Shown here: positions 56,367 through 61,947 of the stretch, one piece after another
How positions within the stretch are numbered: the first letter of the stretch is position 1
How the letters are laid out: each line of letters begins with the position of its first letter
Virus record (IMG/VR): IMGVR_UViG_3300033153_001808
Coordinates: 1 to 61,947 of that record
Reading direction: 5' to 3' (one strand)
DNA length: 61,947 nt
Source of the DNA: a virus
Taxonomy: Duplodnaviria > Caudoviricetes
Notes under the pieces: model-generated
What the model saw: only the letters and a program-made list of their open reading frames with translations
Database searches by the model: none
Told to the model about the DNA's origin: nothing
Program-made: the position numbers and the translations under genes

Positions 56367-57533
56367 CTATAATTCGTTTTGGTAGTAGCCAACAACATCT
56401 ATGGTTATGTTTCCATTTGAAGAACATGTTAACCAAGTAGATTGACTAGTATTTAATAATACTTCTATCGAATAATACGCATCATTACCTGTAGCTGCAA
56501 CAAAGTAGTCTGCGTCTAAAACAGCCGCACCCGGACTAAAGGCAAACTCCTGATCTGCGGTTGTGGCTTCTACTTTTAATCGAGCACGAGTAGAATAAAT
56601 CGGGACTGAACTGGCTAGATCAAGTTCTGTCGCAGCAGTCGGAGCAGCGGCAGCTGCATACTCTTCTACAAAAGCAGTAGTGAAAGCATACATATCATTA
56701 CTGTATACTTTAAAAGCAGTGATCTGACTAGAACCATTTGTTAGTACACATCCTATACATCTATCATTTCCGTTATACCAACCATTAGCTGCGTGTGAGT
56801 AGGCTGGAGCAGTCTTGTCGTTCAAGAACTCACTTGCTGTCAGTAGGGTAGTTCCAGCAGTTACTACTGCACTATCGTCTATATATAGGTAGTGTATGTT
56901 AGAAGCGTCAAGATCATCACTTGCCGCATTTGACCCTCCTGAGCCACACACAAAACTGATCTGACTTGCAGTATATACCGCCTGTCTTGAAGTCCCTTTA
57001 TGATCCCACATACCTCCACTTATAGTAAGAGTAGTCGTGTTAGAATACCCAAGAGTAAAGCCCCTCTTGTATCCAGCATACGCAACCACTCCTGCTACAC
57101 TAGCGGCCAGTTCTGCCAACACAGCTTCTACATCATTACCAGTAAAATACCCTGCTGCATCCTGGACTCCACTCATACTGGCACCATAACCAGCGGTTGT
57201 CTGACTCAACTCCCCTACACCTGCAAGTTGGCCTGTTAAATCCGGGAAGGTGAATAGTCTAGTTCCGGTTAGGCCAACAGCAGACAATATAGCTGGATTA
57301 CTACCAGATCGGACATAGAAATTTGCTTCTGTAGTTCCAGTATCCGTATTCTGTGTATGAATATAGTCGTCTATAACACCACCAAGAGCATTAGATGGGA
57401 TTGACTTAGAATCTATATAATTTATACTAGTAGACCCACCAGTATGTGTCTGACGAGTAAAGGTAGTATCAGAATCACCCCAACTCACATCCTGTTCACC
57501 TATAAGATCCTTAATTATTTGTAATACTGTCAT
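56367..57533 (-). CDS. tail-fibre-like virion protein
   Basis: HTQNTDTGT; DAAGYFTGNDVEAVLAEL; GWYNGNDRCIG. Confidence 0.6.
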   Translation of the reverse strand: MTVLQIIKDLIGEQDVSWGDSDTTFTRQTHTGGSTSINYIDSKSIPSNALGGVIDDYIHTQNTDTGTTEANFYVRSGSNPAILSAVGLTGTRLFTFPDLTGQLAGVGELSQTTAGYGASMSGVQDAAGYFTGNDVEAVLAELAASVAGVVAYAGYKRGFTLGYSNTTTLTISGGMWDHKGTSRQAVYTASQISFVCGSGGSNAASDDLDASNIHYLYIDDSAVVTAGTTLLTASEFLNDKTAPAYSHAANGWYNGNDRCIGCVLTNGSSQITAFKVYSNDMYAFTTAFVEEYAAAAAPTAATELDLASSVPIYSTRARLKVEATTADQEFAFSPGAAVLDADYFVAATGNDAYYSIEVLLNTSQSTWLTCSSNGNITIDVVGYYQNEL

Positions 57534-57820
57534 CTTCCCACCTCTTGTTTGTGCTCCGCTATCATGTCCTGAATTTCGTCATCCGTACTAGCACCCTGTT
57601 CTTGTGCCCACTCTATCTCGTCAGGAGTTATGTTGTCTGGATAACCCATATCTGGTGACTGTTTTCTCTGGCCTAGGTCTGTTATAATACCAAACTTTCC
57701 GGTCTTGAAGATCTTAGTCTCTGGTCCACTAAGCCGCTTCCATAAGAGGATCAGGACTATTCCAGTCAGAAGGTTTATTAGTGTCAAGATGCTTAGTAAG
57801 ATCAGTACGTAAAGGCTCAT
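57530..57820 (-). CDS. small membrane-anchored protein
   Basis: N-terminal TM helix; ATGA overlap with next gene. Confidence 0.55.
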   Translation of the reverse strand: MSLYVLILLSILTLINLLTGIVLILLWKRLSGPETKIFKTGKFGIITDLGQRKQSPDMGYPDNITPDEIEWAQEQGASTDDEIQDMIAEHKQEVGR

Positions 57821-58262
57821 TATCTTGTGGCTCCTCTATAGGGGTTTTCTCTATGTGTGGTTCCGGTCCTGTAGCTGCAAATCCGCACTCATTAGAGCAA
57901 TACGGTTGGCCTATATGAACTGGTTTAAACATCTTGTTGCAATGTTTGCACTTCAGTTCCTTGGTCTTCAGCCCATCCTTCCATGCGGGATCTAACCTAA
58001 ATTCACTCAACCTACCTTCAAGATGAACTGCCAATAAAATACCGTCTAAATACTGCCACAAAGGAATCTGGAACTGTTTGGATAAACTGTGCACTAGTTC
58101 TCCTGCATGGTCTGGTATCTGGCCTAAAAGTAATTCTGCTGCTTTATCCAACTCCTTAACCTTTACCTCAGAGACCTTAACCTTCGCCACACTGGGCTGG
58201 ATCTTCTTCTGTGCTTCTGTCTGTGGCTTGGACTTCTTTGCTACTGGTGTTGAGTCTGCCAT
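57729..58262 (-). CDS. hypothetical protein with zinc finger
   Basis: AGGAGG RBS before MADST; CKHC..YCSNEC. Confidence 0.65.
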   Translation of the reverse strand: MADSTPVAKKSKPQTEAQKKIQPSVAKVKVSEVKVKELDKAAELLLGQIPDHAGELVHSLSKQFQIPLWQYLDGILLAVHLEGRLSEFRLDPAWKDGLKTKELKCKHCNKMFKPVHIGQPYCSNECGFAATGPEPHIEKTPIEEPQDNEPLRTDLTKHLDTNKPSDWNSPDPLMEAA

Positions 58263-58291
58263 GTTGTGTCCTCCTGTCATGTATTTATAAC

Positions 58292-58804
58292 CTATGAAGA
58301 TAAATTAAGTCGTGCAAATTCACCAAAGTGTTTTAGTGCGGCTTTATCGTATGCTTGTGCTGCATCTATTTCGTCATCAAAATAACCTAAAAAGATCTGT
58401 CTATAATCGTGTGTAATTTTAGAGTACCACCTCTTACGCTGCTTATTCCAGTATACTCCTTTATGTACAGAAGCCCCACCACGACTTACACTATTGGCCG
58501 CATTTTGGGATTTAGTGCACACACGTAGATTTCCTCGTGTATTATCTAAAGTATCAAAATTCTTGTGGTCAATTAACACATCCATATTTTTATCTAACAC
58601 TCCCATAATAAATCTAGGCATACGTACTGTGCGTTTTTCACTTGGAATGTAACCCAAAACGCGTACCTCACCGCTAATACTAGTACACACACCACGCCAA
58701 CGATAATCCATTACACGATCAAAGTCTTCTGGACTAACTTTTGCAGTTAGGTAAGAATACTGTCCACCTAAAGGTACTTCTTTATACGCTAATAATTCAA
58801 CCAT
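58292..58804 (-). CDS. HNH-AP2 homing endonuclease
   Basis: IDHKN.DTLDN.R.NLR...QN; KGVYW..W..I..FLGYF..EIDAAQAYD.AA..FGEFARLN. Confidence 0.9.
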   Translation of the reverse strand: MVELLAYKEVPLGGQYSYLTAKVSPEDFDRVMDYRWRGVCTSISGEVRVLGYIPSEKRTVRMPRFIMGVLDKNMDVLIDHKNFDTLDNTRGNLRVCTKSQNAANSVSRGGASVHKGVYWNKQRKRWYSKITHDYRQIFLGYFDDEIDAAQAYDKAALKHFGEFARLNLSS

Positions 58805-60552
58805 GATTGCTCATAATCCCCAGTGCTGCCATAAGCCAAAATACTTGCAAACTCAGAATCTATAGTCAAACGGTTTTTACTATCTTCTGTGACTAGTGTA
58901 CTCATAGGAGGTGCTTCGGCCTGAAAAACACTACTTTCGATAGGCTCTTCATTTATAACTTGGTGCATGATAAACAACCCTATCAACCCTGACATCACCC
59001 TATCATCAAACCCATTACCACTAGCTGCTGCACTACCCTGCTCATCACGCACGAAGGTCATGCACTCTCTTACGAAATCACTTGAGTGGACTAAAATAGT
59101 CATATCAGAAATACAATGAGTGCCAAAGGCAATTAACAACTTCTTAGACCTCATTGTTGTTTCCCAGCCTATCTTGTTCATCAACTGATTTCTATACCGA
59201 TCGAAGTGTTCTTGTTGATACAAATTCCAATAATGATGCTGTAGTTCTTGTTGTGTAGCAAGTCCGTGCGCATTGATTTCTACTCCAACCAATGCCTCAT
59301 TATACAATACAGCCACTTTATGTATAACATGGGCAAAATTATATGGGTCCAAATGACCGTGCCACTCTGCTACCTGTTCAGCCACATATGGATTGGGTAA
59401 TTTTCGCCACACCTCAATACAAGAGTAATCCCCACCCATTCCACCATCCGCTACATCTGCTCCGATAACATAGATCCCCCCAGATTTCGGGCCTTTCCAA
59501 AGTTTTAGTGGACCGTCTTCATTGGCCACTAATCCTTTATCAGTTATGTCGCCACGAAATTCAGGCTCGGTGCACTTAATCGACATAAGACGTAGTTTAT
59601 GACGGTCGAAGATGGGGACCCCCGAAACGAGAAACGCCTCATCCGCCGTTGCGGGATACTCCTGCCGGAATAACTCTACATCACCTTTTAAATCAGCTAT
59701 TGTAAGTCTTCTCCAATATAGCTGTTCTAAGGTTAGATTATAGATGCGCCTGAGTTCGTTTTCTTCGTCATTGAGATGCTCCTTAAAAGAGTCTCTATCT
59801 TTTCTGGTGTTGAACTCGCGACTATAAGACTGTAGGTCAAACCAAGCAAGGAAAAACGGTTTGAAGTTTGACACTCCCTCAACTGCACGAAGCCATTCTC
59901 CGTGGAAGAAGTTGCCTACTCCTTTTGCTGTTGATTCATAGACTATTAATGATTGGTTGTTTTTAGGAATGGTAGGGACTAGAGCTGGAATTACGTCTTC
60001 TGGAAAGGCCCAGGAACCGAGTTCACTACAATGGAGGTTATGTATTGTTGTTCCACGAGCCACGTTCTTTTTTCCGGCTGTGTAGACCTCTACAGCAGAT
60101 CGAAGCCCGGGATTTGCATATCTTGTCTTCGCATCTGGATTCTCAAACACTAACTCCTTCTTACTACTATACCTAGTCATAGGTCTCATAGACCTAGGCA
60201 AGCAGTCATAAAAGAGCCGGCACATTCCAAAGATACTAGTTCCCGATTCTTTCTCGTGTGCTATAACTACATTCTTACTATTCTCGTTCATGTGCGCGGC
60301 CCAAAACATCCGGCCCTCGGAATAGGTGCTTATACCCTCCTGTCTTGCTTTCAAGACAATAACCCGCTGCAACTGATTCCTTGTCCTAAGATCCTCCAAT
60401 ATACTATGCAACTGCATCTGAGGGTCCCACAATTTCAACGGAACAAGCTGCGAGTCTTTGTCCTTGATCCGTAAGAGATTATGTGCGTAGTAGGTAAAAT
60501 CATCCACACACTTCTGCATATTCAATTGTCTTGGCCTACCGGGTTGTGTCAT
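58789..60552 (-). CDS. terL: terminase large subunit
   Basis: LKARQEGIS, LHCSE, YESTAKG, FRQEYP, IGADVA, DDRVMS. Confidence 0.92.
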   Translation of the reverse strand: MTQPGRPRQLNMQKCVDDFTYYAHNLLRIKDKDSQLVPLKLWDPQMQLHSILEDLRTRNQLQRVIVLKARQEGISTYSEGRMFWAAHMNENSKNVVIAHEKESGTSIFGMCRLFYDCLPRSMRPMTRYSSKKELVFENPDAKTRYANPGLRSAVEVYTAGKKNVARGTTIHNLHCSELGSWAFPEDVIPALVPTIPKNNQSLIVYESTAKGVGNFFHGEWLRAVEGVSNFKPFFLAWFDLQSYSREFNTRKDRDSFKEHLNDEENELRRIYNLTLEQLYWRRLTIADLKGDVELFRQEYPATADEAFLVSGVPIFDRHKLRLMSIKCTEPEFRGDITDKGLVANEDGPLKLWKGPKSGGIYVIGADVADGGMGGDYSCIEVWRKLPNPYVAEQVAEWHGHLDPYNFAHVIHKVAVLYNEALVGVEINAHGLATQQELQHHYWNLYQQEHFDRYRNQLMNKIGWETTMRSKKLLIAFGTHCISDMTILVHSSDFVRECMTFVRDEQGSAAASGNGFDDRVMSGLIGLFIMHQVINEEPIESSVFQAEAPPMSTLVTEDSKNRLTIDSEFASILAYGSTGDYEQSWLNY

Positions 60553-60567
60553 CTAGATCTTCCTGGT

Positions 60568-61107
60568 CTATACATTTGCTGATTGAAGTTTGTCCACAAA
60601 AGATTGCAACTCTGGCTCCGCTTCGCTCGCCATGTTGAGGTCTTCCTGAAGTTCCCTTTCAGCCTTTCCCAAGTCAGCAGCGTCCGAATCAGAACTGTCA
60701 GAGGATCTATCAAGTCCCATAGACTTTTTGGTGACCCGAAGCATCTGCTCAAACACAATTTCTTCACCGTCTTGTCCTCCTGCTTGTACACCTTCCGACT
60801 GAGCCACACGATCCAGAACCGCAAGCCCGGCATCTAGTTTGGTCTTATGAGGAGTAAGCGGACTGTCTACCATCCGGACTATTTCCTTCGCTACATCCTC
60901 AGCTGCGTTACCGAATACACTAACTGCCTTCTGATACTTATCCGCTTCGATTTTTCGGTACTTTTCTACCTGTCGCTGAAACACCGGATTAGCTTTCAAG
61001 ACACTTAACCGACTACCAGAAATCTGGATCTCTTTCATGATCTCACGGTTAGGTTGTCCTAGTGCTAGTCTTTTAGCTATTTCCATATGAAATGGTGATA
61101 TTCTCAT
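60568..61107 (-). CDS. putative terminase small subunit
   Basis: N-terminal HTH, 'KLDAGLAVLDR'; directly upstream of TerL. Confidence 0.65.
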   Translation of the reverse strand: MRISPFHMEIAKRLALGQPNREIMKEIQISGSRLSVLKANPVFQRQVEKYRKIEADKYQKAVSVFGNAAEDVAKEIVRMVDSPLTPHKTKLDAGLAVLDRVAQSEGVQAGGQDGEEIVFEQMLRVTKKSMGLDRSSDSSDSDAADLGKAERELQEDLNMASEAEPELQSFVDKLQSANV

Positions 61108-61271
61108 GGTGTGTCCTCCTTCTCCACCAGTTTTAACTCAACCTTAGGTAATTCATACCTGATTTCATACCCTCCACATTTTGGATTCACACACATCAAC
61201 TCATACCCTAAGTTTACTTGCATAACAAACCCACACCTACATAAAATAGTGCCTCCTATTCGTGCTTCCAT
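61104..61271 (-). CDS. small Cys-containing protein (55 aa)
   Basis: GGAGG RBS; CRCG...CVNPKC; read manually. Confidence 0.55.
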   Translation of the reverse strand: MEARIGGTILCRCGFVMQVNLGYELMCVNPKCGGYEIRYELPKVELKLVEKEDTP

Positions 61272-61287
61272 AGTGTCCTCCCAGACA

Positions 61288-61788
61288 TTAAAAATTTAAT
61301 TGTGCAAACTCTTTATGTAAATGTCGTGCAGCCTCATCAAAAGCCTTAGCTGCCATTTCTTCATCATCAAACAAACCTAAATGTATAGACTTTCCTTCAT
61401 GTTTTATATTGACTACCCAACACTTACTTACCTTATTCCAACAAACTCCTTTATATTTAGATGCTGAGTTACCAATACTCCACTTATGCCTATTACAGTT
61501 ATTCTGTTGTTGTGTACATAAACGTAAGTTCTCTCGTCTATTATCTAATGTGTCTCCGTTTATGTGGTCTACTACTCTTATATCGTCTTTACCCACACAC
61601 AAAACAAAACGACTCAATTTTAATTTAGTTCCTTTAAGATAAGTTGTTGGCACAATACAATAACTTGAACGATATGTTACTCTATTTCCAATCCACTTAA
61701 AGATACGTACATAACCAAAAACATCGTCATCAACTAGTGCTACTTTGCCTTCACCATACTTACCTTGTAACCTAAGTTCTTGACTCAT
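61288..61788 (-). CDS. HNH-AP2 homing endonuclease
   Basis: VDHINGDTLDNRRENLR..QNNCN; SKYKGV..HLGLFDDEEMAAKAFDEAA. Confidence 0.9.
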   Translation of the reverse strand: MSQELRLQGKYGEGKVALVDDDVFGYVRIFKWIGNRVTYRSSYCIVPTTYLKGTKLKLSRFVLCVGKDDIRVVDHINGDTLDNRRENLRLCTQQQNNCNRHKWSIGNSASKYKGVCWNKVSKCWVVNIKHEGKSIHLGLFDDEEMAAKAFDEAARHLHKEFAQLNF

Positions 61789-61947
61789 CTTTCTACCTCC
61801 ACTCAGTAGTTCCCTTTAGTTATAGCGACAGGCTTGGAGGGAAACCCAGGCTTTTCGAGAGCTACTCTAGTCGCTACGGAGTACTGTTCTTGAAGTCCCT
61901 ATTATAACAGGCCCAATAGAGAATGTCCAGCCTTTTCTTTAAAGGAA

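Noticed and set aside
1-61947. Stop-codon reassignment
   Set aside because: Large genes are intact under the standard code, and TAA, TAG and TGA all terminate tightly packed genes.

Overview
This 62 kb window is a large part of a tailed dsDNA phage genome, probably podovirus-like. It has two convergent arms meeting at about 19,650. The + arm (1-19,658) holds many small early genes and a recombination module (PD-(D/E)XK nuclease, Sak4-like ATPase, DUF669-like SSB). It also encodes a ParB-methyltransferase fusion, a UDG-PolA polymerase carrying an intein, a DUF3987-like helicase and an HNH endonuclease. The - arm (19,650-61,800) holds terminase, portal, scaffold, major capsid, duplicated decoration genes, three adaptor/ring-like paralogs, a nozzle, ejection proteins and several fibres. 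The most notable observations are: (1) a 2255-aa protein with about eight glycosyltransferase/methyltransferase-type domains, encoded directly upstream of a 1058-aa Gly-[Thr/Ser]-Ser repeat fibre, a candidate virion glycosylation system; (2) an intergenic tandem array of four different structured RNA units that share TGTG...CAC ends (8,908-9,259); (3) an adjacent small gene with a C_CCT_TTC slippery heptamer leading into a start-less -1 frame; and (4) a palindrome, TTCATTTAATGAA, found four times just upstream of RBSs. All family assignments come from motif recognition by eye, not database searches.
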